Made by a program: the position numbers and the translations under genes. A stretch of DNA of 64,000 bases from Epithemia pelagica (lineage: Eukaryota; Protista; Bacillariophyta): assembly GCA_946965045.2 (NCBI GenBank), contig OX337241.1, positions 1,178,001 through 1,242,000 of the forward strand. Reading direction: 5' to 3'. The first letter of the stretch is position 1; every line of letters begins with the position of its first letter. The notes beneath the pieces were generated by a model. It was given only the letters and a program-made list of their open reading frames with translations, was not told the DNA's origin and ran no database searches. This document shows, one piece after another, positions 11,570 through 23,379 of the stretch.

Positions 11570-13595
11570 AAGTTCGGAAACGACAAGCACACATCCTAGA
11601 GCGGAGGTGACATCCATAAAGAAGAAACATATTCGTCCCACTTTCGAAGATATGGCATCGGATCAGACGATTTCGAGACTCACATGTACACAGGAGACAT
11701 ATGCCAAGTACGAAAAGAAGAAAACGCAACGTATAAGTGAAACAGTGGTCACCATGTCGCATCGGAACGAAAGTGCACACGAAAGAATGTGCTACTTTGT
11801 CTTGGACAAGGACATCGATCGAATAAGGATGCTATCGCATCTACTGCAGCGTTGCTTTGGAAGTTACGACGATCAAGATTGTTTTGGTTTGTCGTTCGAA
11901 AAAGAGATGATACAACGGAAGGTCGATATGAAAGATATCCCGAGTGTCTTTGCACGTATCCCAGAAATATACAACAAGGCTATGGATGATGTTGTGGAGA
12001 CAAGAGATGACGTTGTCAGTCATTCGAACATTATACCAGAATGTTGTCCTATGATTGTAACTCAAATCCCGGTGGGTCTTGTAACAAAAACGATCCACAA
12101 TGCATTCATATTGGAATGTACCTTGTCGAGGACAAGATATAGAGAAATCAGGAAAAAGACAACACATGTGTCGTCCTCTATATTCGAAGATCCTGTCATG
12201 ATGATTCGGACTAACAAAAATTTATGTCTTGACGAAAATGATCACCTCTTCAGAGATATCATTATCCTCTTCCCTTTGGCTGGGGTTTTTTATACATGTG
12301 TGCGTCAATTTCAAGAACTATCAAGGTCGTCCAACATCACATCGTCATCAGTCCCACTACCGTTGTCTTGGTTACGTCTGCGACACAAAGATGGCCAACC
12401 TGCAAGTAATGCATTCTTGAAAAAAATTCATCGTTGTTGGAGTCTAGATTGGGGTGAACATCTTACTAATAATGACAAAACTGTGAAGGAATGTTACCAA
12501 TGGTCCGATGTGGAGGATGGGAGCCCACTTTTACCTCCTGACGTGTACCTCGATGACAAGGGAAAGATCGAAAAGCCAGGGAATAAACAGTCGATGACAC
12601 ATCACATGTCACGGGAACAATATCGAACAAGGCTGATTATAAACAGGAATGACTCAGATAAGAAAGGGAGTCGGAGATATGTTAGTGGTGCTTTGCATCG
12701 AAACCTATGGTTGCAAATGTCGTCCGGTACACACCCAAGGCCACTGGTATACGACCATCGTATTCGGGGAAACATTACTTTCATTGTTCGGACACGCCGA
12801 AATGATGGGAGACCAGAGTCACTTAGTTACATTCGAGTGACATCCCTGTTACGGAAAGACCAGACGTTGTTGGACCTATTACACAACAGAGCAAGGGAAT
12901 TTACACGTACTGGGTCTCTGAGAAAGGCGGCCAATGCCAGATGTAATAAGGGAGACTTAGGATCTATGACTACTGTTGGTAATACTGCGGCAAGAGGAAA
13001 CGGTTCTACTTTCGTTTCCGAGAAATTATTTACAAAGGACAAGACATTATCGATGATACTGCCGAAAATAAGTACAGCGGCAAAAAGGTTTTGTGAACGC
13101 GAATATCCTGGGGTGATTCCAACATTCCGGTATCTAGAAGATTCAGCTGGCGAAGAAATGCCTAGTGAATTCGGAGGAAGAGTCGGAGGTATGACCTCAG
13201 CCATTACCCTGAGTTTGAACCTCATGAACACGACACACTATGATGTTCACGATGGTTCTGTTTCATTCGCAATCTGGACAGAGACAATCCCAGGTGACTC
13301 TCAAAATTGGTTCTTTGTTTTGCCGAATATTCTTGTGGAGTATGATGGTACTACATACCATGGTCTTTGTATACAACTATTTCATGGGGTTTCGGTTCTA
13401 TGGGATGGACGTGTGATCCGGCATGGAACGTCAATACACACACAAAGACAACATACAGATGGGAACATGAAGAACGACACTATTAGTTGGTTTTGGGCAG
13501 TAAGTTCCAGGTCTATGAATGCAACTGTCAACGAAACAAGAGAGGACCATGGTATAACCAAAACGGTTCAAGGCATTCGTAGCGGAACATTATAA
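11570..13595 (+). CDS. TET/JBP-like Fe(II)-dependent dioxygenase domain protein (ORF 11607-13595; predicted exon 2 starts at 11570)
   Basis: NLMNTTHYDVHD gives an HxD motif (His codon at 13236). It is followed by WFFVLPN, GVSVLWDGRVIRHGTS (distal His codon at 13422) and a final strand TISWFW. The spacing fits the double-stranded beta-helix of TET/JBP enzymes. Confidence 0.65.
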
Positions 13596-13634
13596 ATTCT
13601 TTCTGGATGCATTCATCACCAAGGAAAAACAAAT

Positions 13635-14510
13635 TCAAGGAGTATTCCACGTCTTTTGCTTCTTACGAGCACTCTGGTGTGGTACACCAGCAGCGTGTTT
13701 CTTTGGATTTTCCTGTGCTATGTGATAACATGCAGTAAAAATAGGCATATAGTTGCGAAAAGAGCAACCAGGTGGTGAAGAAATCAGCCACAATGCCCAT
13801 TGTTTCTCGGTGTGAATGAAATGAGATGGACTACGCCACTTGGTATCCTCGTCGTAATAAGGCTCCAATTTTTCTCTCCATACTTTACCGACCGTTTTTG
13901 TCAAGATGCCACAAGTTTCGGCTGGGATATATTCAAAAAAGGGAATCTTTCTGTTTTTTCCAAACTTGTGGAAGTCTAACCACGCTTGGAATGCCTCTCT
14001 TAAAGTCATACAGAACTCCCATACGAAGGACATGTTCATGGATGAAGTACAGGGAGTCTTTGCACAAGTGGTATCACAAGATGAAGACGACCCAGGTACT
14101 TGTAAAGGACGGAAACAATGTTTGCATGTGTATATTGTTGCCCGTTGATTACAGGTGAATTTACCGCAAACAAGACATGTCTCGAGGAAGTTTTGTTTCC
14201 AGATGAAGGGTCCGTCAAGGAATTCCGGTCTGTCTGCCCATGTGCCCATCTGACACTGGTGCTCTTCTGTATATCCCTCTTGATTACCATTCATAATGGA
14301 AATCACATCAAGTCGTCCCTCGTGATTAATAATCTTGTCTACAAGATCCTTGAATTCGTTTTTGATTCCTTCGGCTGCCGCTGCAACATCTTCAGTGAGA
14401 ACAACATTCCTATCGCTGCTACGAAGACAAAACGAAGTTTCAACATCAAATCTTGTATTCGAGATGAGATTCCATATTGCAACAGTATTCAACCAAGACG
14501 AGTCTTCCAT
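13635..14510 (-). CDS. Cys-rich protein of unknown function, paralog A
   Basis: 291-aa ORF with an ATG start. Motifs CKHCFRP, FVWEFCMTLREA, TEKQWALWLIS and FRNYMPIF align with the 21733-23004 protein. Confidence 0.7.
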   Translation of the reverse strand: MEDSSWLNTVAIWNLISNTRFDVETSFCLRSSDRNVVLTEDVAAAAEGIKNEFKDLVDKIINHEGRLDVISIMNGNQEGYTEEHQCQMGTWADRPEFLDGPFIWKQNFLETCLVCGKFTCNQRATIYTCKHCFRPLQVPGSSSSCDTTCAKTPCTSSMNMSFVWEFCMTLREAFQAWLDFHKFGKNRKIPFFEYIPAETCGILTKTVGKVWREKLEPYYDEDTKWRSPSHFIHTEKQWALWLISSPPGCSFRNYMPIFTACYHIAQENPKKHAAGVPHQSARKKQKTWNTP

Positions 14511-14699
14511 CTTTTATACGATATCGAACGGTCTTCTTGAAGAGTAATGGTACGAGGATTTCTGTTTGCGGTTGGAAGAAAATGTACTTCAGAGAAAACA
14601 ACTGATCCTGACTATCTCTCAATTCTTATCGTTTTTATGGGGAAAAATTCAAATAACGCTAAGAATTTCTGAGTCTTGTTTGCTTTGTCATACGAATCA

Positions 14700-17600
14700 A
14701 TGGAGGATGAAATGAGCGTACGAAATTTTTGGACGATGTCAAGGCCAACGCTATATCGGTATGGTCTATTGCAAGCCTTTCTCGTATCTGATCACGAGAT
14801 CAGATCCTATGGTATCCATAAAAATGAGACACTATGGGTCTCTTCCAAAATCTGGACCGATTCCATGAAGAGAAGGATCTCTTTGCTCCATGTCCATACA
14901 ATTTTGGCACGACGACAACGCCAAACCGATCTAATCTATTGCAAGCCTTTGTCTTGACGGCACATGAGATCAGAGCCTATGGTACACATGGCTATGATGT
15001 CCCGAGGATATGTACCAAGACCTGGGTCGATTAGATGAAAAGAAAAATGTCTTTGTTCCAAAAAGTCTATGGAAGATTGGGACGACGACATCACCGCACC
15101 GGTGTGGTCTACAACAATAATTTACGTCAATGATAGACGAGTTCAGCGCCTATGACGTCCGTGCCTATGATACCGCAAGTGTCTGTACCGATTTTTGGAG
15201 CGCTTCAAGTCATAGAAGGGTGTTGTTGCTCCATACCCCTCATGGAAGGTTGAGACAACGAAAACGCGATACTGGTATGGCCTACAACGAGACTTTTGGT
15301 CCGCGATAGACGAGATCAAAGACTATGACATCCATTCCTATGATACCCCAAGTGTCTCTATTGAAATTTGGAGCGATTCAAGTTATAGAAGGGTGACTTT
15401 GCTCCATGTCCATGGAAGTTTGGTACAACGGCAACACCACACCAGTATGGTCTACTACAAGACTTTTGGTCCATGGTACACGCGTTCAGAGCCTATGACA
15501 TCCATTCCTATAATACCCCAAGTGTCTCTACCGAAATTTGGAGGGATTCAAGTTATAGAAGGGTGTCTTTGCTCCATGTCCATGGAAGTTTGGGACATTG
15601 ACAACACTACATTGGTATGGTCTACAACGAGACTTTTGGTCTGCGATACACGAGTTCAGAGTCTATGACGTCCATGCCTATGATACCCAAAGTGTCTCTA
15701 CCGAAATTTGGAGCGATTCAAGTTATAGAAGGGTGTCTTTGCTCCATGTCCATGGAAGTTTGGGACATCGACAACACGTCACCGGTATGGTCTACAACAA
15801 GACTGTTGGTCTGCGATAGACGAGTTCAGAGCCTATGATATCCATGCCTGTGATACCCCAAGTGTCTCTAGCGAAATTTGGAGCGATTCAAGTTATAGAA
15901 GGGTGTCTTTGCTCCATGTCCATGGAAGTTTGGAACTTCGACAACACGACACTGGTATGGTCTACAACAAGACTTTTGGTCCGCGATAGACGAGTTCAGA
16001 GCCTATGACGTCCATGCCTATGATACCCCAAGTGTCTCTACCAATATTTGGAGCGATTCAAGTTATAGAAGGGTGTCTTTGCTCCATGTCCATGGAAGTT
16101 TGGGACATCGTCAACGCGACAGTGTTATGGTCTACAACAAGACTTTTGGTCCGCGATACACGAGTTCAGAGCCATTGACGTCCATACCTATGATACCCCA
16201 AGTGTCTTTACCAATATTTGGAGCGCTTCGAGTTATAGAAGGGTGTCTTTGCTCCATGTCCACAGAAGTTTGGGACATCGACAACGCGACACTGGTATGG
16301 TCTACAACAAGACTTTTGGTCTGCGATACACGAGTTCAGAGCCTATGACATACATGCCTATGATACCCCAAGTGTCTCTACCAATATTTGGAGCGCTTCG
16401 AGTTATAGAAGGGTGTCTTTGCTCCATGTCCATGGTAATTTGGGACATCGAAAACGCGACACTGGTATGGTTTACAACAAGACTTTTGGTCCGCGATAGA
16501 CGAGTTCAGAGCCTATGACATTCATTCCTATGATATCCTAAGTGTCTCTACCAATATTTGGAGCGATTCAAGTTATAGAAGGGTGTCTTTGCTCCATGTC
16601 CATGGAAGTTCGGTACATCTACAACGCAACACTGGTATGGTCTACAACAAGACTTTCGGTCTGCGATACACAAGTAACGAGTCTATGACGTCCATTCCTA
16701 CGATACCCCAAGTGTCTCTACCAATATTTGGAGCGCTTCGAGTTATAGAAGGGTGTCTTTGCTCCATGTCCATAGTAATTTGGGACATCGAAAACGCGAC
16801 ACTGGTATGGTCTACAACAAGACTTTTGGTCCGCGATAGACGAATTCAGAGCCTATGACATTCATGCCTATGATATCCTAAGTGTCTCTACCAATATTTG
16901 GAGCGATTCAAGTTATAGAAGGGTGTCTTTGCTCCATGTCCATGGAAGTTCGGTACATCCACAGCGCGACACTGGTATGGTCTACAACAAGACTTTTGGT
17001 CCGCGATAGACGAGTTCAGAGCCTATGACATCCATGCCTATGATACCCCAAGTGTCTCTACCAAAATTTGGATCGATTCAAGTTATAGAAGGGTGTCTTT
17101 GCTCCATGTCCATGGTAATTTGGTACAACGACAACGCGACACTGGTATTGTCTACAACAAGACTTTTGGTCCGCGATAGACGAGTTCAGAGCCTATGACG
17201 TCCATGCCTATGATACCCCAAGTGTCTCTACCAATATTTGGAGCGATTCAAGTTATAGAAGGGTGTCTTTGCTCCATGTCCATGGAAGTTTGGGACATCG
17301 TCAACGCGACAGTGGTATGGTCTACAACAAGACTTTTGGTCCGCGATACACGAGTTCAGAGCCATTGACGTCCATACCTATGATACCCCAAGTGTCTCTA
17401 CCATTATTTTGAGGGATTCAAGTTATAGAAGGGTGTCTTTGCTCCATGTCCACAGAAGTTTGGGACATCGACAACGCGACACTGGTATGGTCTACAACAA
17501 GACTTTTGGTCTGCGATACACGAGTTCAGAGCCTATGACATCCATGCCTATGATACCCCAAGTGTCTTTACCAATATTTGGAGCGCTTCGAGTTATAGAA

Positions 17601-20600
17601 GGGTGTCTTTGCTCCATGTCCATGGTAATTTGGGTCATCGACAACGCGACACTGGTTTGGTCTACAACAAGACTTTTGGTCTGCGATACACGAGTTCAGA
17701 GCCTATGACATCCATGCCTATGATACCCCAAGTGTCTCTACCAATATTTGGAGCGCTTCGAGTTATAGAAGGGTGTCTTTGCTCTATGTCCATGGTAATT
17801 TGGGACATCGAAAACGCGACACTGGTATGGTCTACAACAAGACTTTTGGTCAGCGATAGACGAGTTCAGAGCCTATGACGTCCATGCCTATGATACCCCA
17901 AGTGTCTCTACCAATATTTGGAGCGATTCAAGTTATAGAAGGGTGTCTTTGCTCCATGTCCATGGAAGTTTGGGACATCGTCAACGCGACAGTGGTATGG
18001 TCTACAACAATACTTTTGTTCCACGATACACGAGTTCAGAGCTATTGACGTCCATACCTATGATACCCCAAGTGTCTCTACCATTATTTCGAAGGATTCA
18101 AGTTATAGAAGGGTGTCTTTGCTCCATGTCCACAGAAGTTTGGGACATCGACAACGCGACACTGGTATGGTCTACAACAAGATTTTTGGTCTGCGATACA
18201 CGAGTTCAGAGCCTATGACATCCATGCCTATGATACCCCAAGTGTCTTTACCAATATTTGGAGCGCTTCGAGTTATAGAAGGGTGTCTTTGCTCCATGTC
18301 CATGGTAATTTGGGACATCGACAACGCGACACTGGTTTGGTCTACAACAAGACTTTTGGTCTGCGATACACGAGTTCAGAGCCTATGACATCCATGCCTA
18401 TGATACCCCAAGTGTCTCTACCAATATTTGGAGCGCTTCGAGTTATAGAAGGGTGTCTTTGCTCCATGTCCATGGTAATTTGGGACATCGAAAACGCGAC
18501 ACTGGTATGGTCTACAACAAGACTTTTGGTCCGCGATAGACGAGTTCAGAGCCTATGACATTCATGCCTATGATATCCCAAGTGTCTCTACCGAAATTTG
18601 GAGCGATTCAAGTTATAGAAGGGTGTCTTTGCTCCATGTCCATGGAAGTTTGGGACATCGAAAACGCGACACTGGTATGGTCTACAACAAGACTTTTGGT
18701 CAGCGATAGACGAGTTCAGAGCCTATGACATCCATGCCTATGATATCCCAAGTGTCTCTACCATTATTTGGAGCGATTCAAGTTATAGAAGGGTGTCTTT
18801 GCTCCATGTCCATGGTAATTTGGTACAACGACAACGCGACACTGGTATGGTCTACAACAAGACTTTTGGTCCGCGATAGACGAGTTCAGAGCCTATGACA
18901 TTCATGCCTATGATATCCCAAGTGTCTCTACCGAAATTTGGAGTGATTCAAGTTATAGAAGGGTGTCTTTGCTCCATGTCCATGGAAGTTCGGTACATCG
19001 AAAACGCGACACTGGTATGGTCTACCACAAGACTTTTGGTCCGCGATAGACGAGTTCAGAGCCTATGACATCCATGCCTATGATACCCCAAATGTCTCTA
19101 CCGAAATTTGGAGCGATTCAAGTTATAGAAGGGTGTCTTTGCTCCATGTCCATGGTAATTTGGTACAACAACAACGCGACACTGGTATGGTCTACAACAA
19201 GACTTTTGGTCCGCGATAGACGAGTTCAGAGCCTATTACGTCCATGCCTATGATACCCCAAGTGTCTCTACCAATATTTGGAGCGCTTCGAGTTATAGAA
19301 GGGTGTCTCTGCTCCATGTCCATGGTAATTTGGGACATCGAAAACGTGACACTGGTATGGTCTACAACAAGACTTTTGGTCCGCGATAGACGAGTTCAGA
19401 GCCTATGACATTCATGCCTATGATATCCCAAGTGTCTCTACCGAAATTTGGAGCGATTCAAGTTATAGAAGGGTGTCTTTGCTCCATGTCCATGGAAGTT
19501 CGGTACATCTACAACGCGACACTGGTGTGGTCTACAACAAGACTTTTGGTCCGCGATAGACGAGTTCAGAGCCTATGACATCCATGCCTATGATACCCCA
19601 AGTGTCTCTACCGAAATTTGGAGCGATTCAAGTTATAGAAGGGTGTCTTTGCTCCATGTCCATGGTAATTTGGTACAACGACAACGCAAGACCGGTATGG
19701 TCTACAACAAGACTTTTGGTCCGCGATAGACGAGTGCAGAGCCTATGACATTCATGCCTATGATATCCCAAGTGTCTCTAGCGAAATTTGGAGCGATTCA
19801 AGTTATAGAAGGGTGTCTTTGCTCCATGTCCATGGAAGTTCGGTACATCTACAACGCGACACTGGTATGGTCTACAACAAGACTTTTGGTCCGCGATAGA
19901 CGAGTTCAGAGCCTATGACATCCATGCCTATGATATCCCAAGTGTCTCTACCATTATTTGGAGCGATTCAAGTTATAGAAGGGTGTCTTTGCTCCATGTC
20001 CATGGTAATTTGGTACAACGACAACGCGACACTGGTATGGTCTACAACAAGACTTTTGGTCCGCGATAGACGAGTTCAGAGCCTATGACATTCATGCCTA
20101 TGATATCCCAAGTGTCTCTACCGAAATTTGGAGTGATTCAAGTTATAGAAGGGTGTCTTTGCTCCATGTCCATGGAAGTTCGGTACATCTACAACGCGAC
20201 ACTGGTATGGTCTACCACAAGACTTTTGGTCCGCGATAGACGAGTTCAGAGCCTATGACATCCATGCCTATGATACCCCAAATGTCTCTACCGAAATTTG
20301 GAGCGATTCAAGTTATAGAAGGGTGTCTTTGCTCCATGTCCATGGTAATTTGGTACAACAACAACGCGACACTGGTATGGTCTACAACAAGACTTTTGGT
20401 CCGCGATAGACGAGTTCAGAGCCTATTACGTCCATGCCTATGATACCCCAAGTGTCTCTACCAATATTTGGAGCGCTTCGAGTTATAGAAGGGTGTCTCT
20501 GCTCCATGTCCATGGTAATTTGGGACATCGAAAACGTGACACTGGTATGGTCTACAACAAGACTTTTGGTCCGCGATAGACGAGTTCAGAGCCTATGACA

Positions 20601-21722
20601 TTCATGCCTATGATATCCCAAGTGTCTCTACCGAAATTTGGAGTGATTCAAGTTATAGAAGGGTGTCTTTGCTCCATGTCCATGGAAGTTCGGTACATCT
20701 ACAACGCGACACTGGTATGGTCTACCACAAGACTTTTGGTCCGCGATAGACGAGTTCAGAGCCTATGACATCCATGCCTATGATACCCCAAATGTCTCTA
20801 CCGAAATTTGGAGCGATTCAAGTTATAGAAGGGTGTCTTTGCTCCATGTCCATGGTAATTTGGTACAACAACAACGCGACACTGGTATGGTCTACAACAA
20901 GACTTTTGGTCCGCGATAGACGAGTTCAGAGCCTATTACGTCCATGCCTATGATACCCCAAGTGTCTCTACCAATATTTGGAGCGCTTCGAGTTATAGAA
21001 GGGTGTCTCTGCTCCATGTCCATGGTAATTTGGGACATCGAAAACGTGACACTGGTATGGTCTACAACAAGACTTTTGGTCCGCGATAGACGAGTTCAGA
21101 GCCTATTACGTCCATGCCTATGATACCCCAAGTGTCTCTACCAATATTTGGAGCGCTTCGAGTTATAGAAGGGTGTCTCTGCTCCATGTCCATGGTAATT
21201 TGGGACATCGAAAACGTGACACTGGTATGGTCTACAACAAGACTTTTGGTCCGCGATAGACGAGTTCAGAGCCTATGACATTCATGCCTATGATATCCCA
21301 AGTGTCGCTACCAATATTTGGAGCGATTTAAGTGATAGAAGGTGTCTTTGCTCCATGTCCATGGAAGTTCGGTACATCTACAACGCGACACTGGTATGGT
21401 CTACAACAAGACTTTTGGTCTGCGATACACGAGTTCAGAGCCTATGACATCCATGTCTATGATACCCCAAGTGTCTCTACCAAAATTTGGAGTGATTCAA
21501 GTTATAGAAGGGTGTCTTTGCTCCATGTCCATGGAAGTTTGGGACATCGACAACACGACACCGGTATGGTCTACAACAAGACTTTTGGTCTGCGATACAC
21601 AAGTAACGAGTCTATGACGTCCATTCCCACGATACCCCAAGTGACTCTACCGAAATTTAGAGCGATTCAAGTTATAGAAGGGTGTCTTTGCTCCATGTCC
21701 ATGGAAGTTTGGGTCATCGACG
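14700..21722. repeat. Satellite array, 170-bp unit, about 40 copies, with higher-order structure
   Basis: The monomer gagcctatgacatccatgcc...gcgatagacgagttca repeats at 170-bp spacing from about 15090 to 21722, with degenerate copies from about 14700 to 15090. Confidence 0.97.
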
Positions 21723-21732
21723 TCTGTTTAAT

Positions 21733-23004
21733 TTAAGTCGCGGTATTCTCTTTGAGGTTCATGATGGCTTGGAAACAGTATCGGAATAACACCATGTAAT
21801 TGAAAAAGGGACCGAAGCAGGTTGATACCAACCATTTTGTCCACTCGACCTCTGTTCCCATGTGTATGAAGGGGCTAGAGAATTGTGATGATTCATTGGG
21901 GTACCGGAGGTCCTTGTACATCTGTTGAACTGCTTTGACTATGACTACCTGTGTGTATCGGGGTATCCCTCCTACCCCAGAAGTCAAGTCAGGCCTGTAT
22001 TGATTCAAGAGTAAGGCTCTTCGAACGATCATACAGAAACGCCATATGAAATATTTATTGTTGGACTTCCAACAGACCCGAATACTGACACATTCTCCAT
22101 TTGAATTGCATGGTCGGAGGCAACCCTTACATACGATTGGAATATAAGTACATGTGCGATCCACAAGTTTATCATGGAGTTTCCCATCGTGGTCGAAAAT
22201 GCATTGCCGGCATTTGTATTCATTGCCACCTGTTTCGCATACATCACAATGTACCCCACAACCGTAACAATGGTCACGGCACCGGTGAGTAGTACCAAAA
22301 GGATGCCAGAATTTTCCTGTTAAATACCGATCGGTTGTTGGGTTATCTTGAAACAAACAAACTGGACAAATGGCATCTGCTATATTCTCTGTAGAACCCA
22401 ATACCTCGTTGGCAAGTCTGGTGAACTTAACCACTTCAGGGTGAAAGTCTGCATCTCGGTCACCAACTCGATCAGAATAACTCGGTGATTCTGGAGCCAA
22501 TGGTATTGTCTTAAATTTCGCAGTGACCACAGAGGGGTCAATGATACGGCTTTTGACCGCATATGGATTGCGAATGACCGTTTTCTTGGGATTAGTATGA
22601 GGAACGATAGTTGTATCGGGAATGGATGGTGGTACAACAACGTTACCAGGAGTCTCTGTTTTCTTTGGCTGCTCTGTTTTCTCGTGATGCCCTTCGACGG
22701 ATATACCTGGTTCAGGAGAGCTGTCATCTACTACTCGTGGTACCAATTCGCCGACGTGGTTGCTGTTGTTATTTTTGTGATGTCCTTTATTCTCTTTCTG
22801 GAATTTCTCTTCTCTCAATTGAAATAAATCCTCGAGAAATGTGATGTCGCCGTCATTTTGGAACTGGGTTTCTTCTGGATGAAGATTGTTTCCACGGCTT
22901 TCACTAAGTACCCCCTTGTTTTGTGGTTTGGTACTTTGTGGTTTTCGGCGTTTGTTGTATGGGTTCGTCATGGTGCGTGGTTTTTTGTATGGATTGCTCA
23001 ACAT
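21733..23004 (-). CDS. Cys-rich protein of unknown function, paralog B, with an N-terminal disordered region containing three NPY motifs
   Basis: 423-aa ORF with CPVC, CYGC, CDVC, CRQC, CKGCLRP, FIWRFCMIVRRA, TEVEWTKWLVS and FFNYMVLF. Confidence 0.7.
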   Translation of the reverse strand: MLSNPYKKPRTMTNPYNKRRKPQSTKPQNKGVLSESRGNNLHPEETQFQNDGDITFLEDLFQLREEKFQKENKGHHKNNNSNHVGELVPRVVDDSSPEPGISVEGHHEKTEQPKKTETPGNVVVPPSIPDTTIVPHTNPKKTVIRNPYAVKSRIIDPSVVTAKFKTIPLAPESPSYSDRVGDRDADFHPEVVKFTRLANEVLGSTENIADAICPVCLFQDNPTTDRYLTGKFWHPFGTTHRCRDHCYGCGVHCDVCETGGNEYKCRQCIFDHDGKLHDKLVDRTCTYIPIVCKGCLRPCNSNGECVSIRVCWKSNNKYFIWRFCMIVRRALLLNQYRPDLTSGVGGIPRYTQVVIVKAVQQMYKDLRYPNESSQFSSPFIHMGTEVEWTKWLVSTCFGPFFNYMVLFRYCFQAIMNLKENTAT

Positions 23005-23379
23005 TGCGTAAGCCAGAGAGTTTTATCTCACCGCTTGTGTAAAAATGATTACTTGATGATCAAACAGAATGAACCTATCACATTCAAGAAAAAGAAGAGA
23101 CGAGACTTCTACTAAGATGTGTTTGTTTTTTTATGAAGAATAATGGGTCGGCTGCCGTTTGTGGATACCACATGGACATCTATCTCATACTATCCCTCAT
23201 CACGTGTCACTCTTTTTAATAAACGGAGTACCACTCCGACATGTTGGGGAGTATATTATTGGGACCACTTCACTGAAATAAATATTACGGATACCACTCG
23301 GACATCCCCCATGACCTTTGTTGGTGGTTGGAAACACACCCCCCCTATTGGTTATACAGAACGACTTTCACTGACACCT

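Noticed and set aside
6926-21722. CRISPR-like appearance of the arrays
   Set aside because: Whole monomers repeat with no unique spacers, there are no cas genes, and the context is eukaryotic.
15393-21736. Many 60-130 aa ORFs in the 170-bp array
   Set aside because: They are by-products of the repeat; the frame rotates with each monomer.
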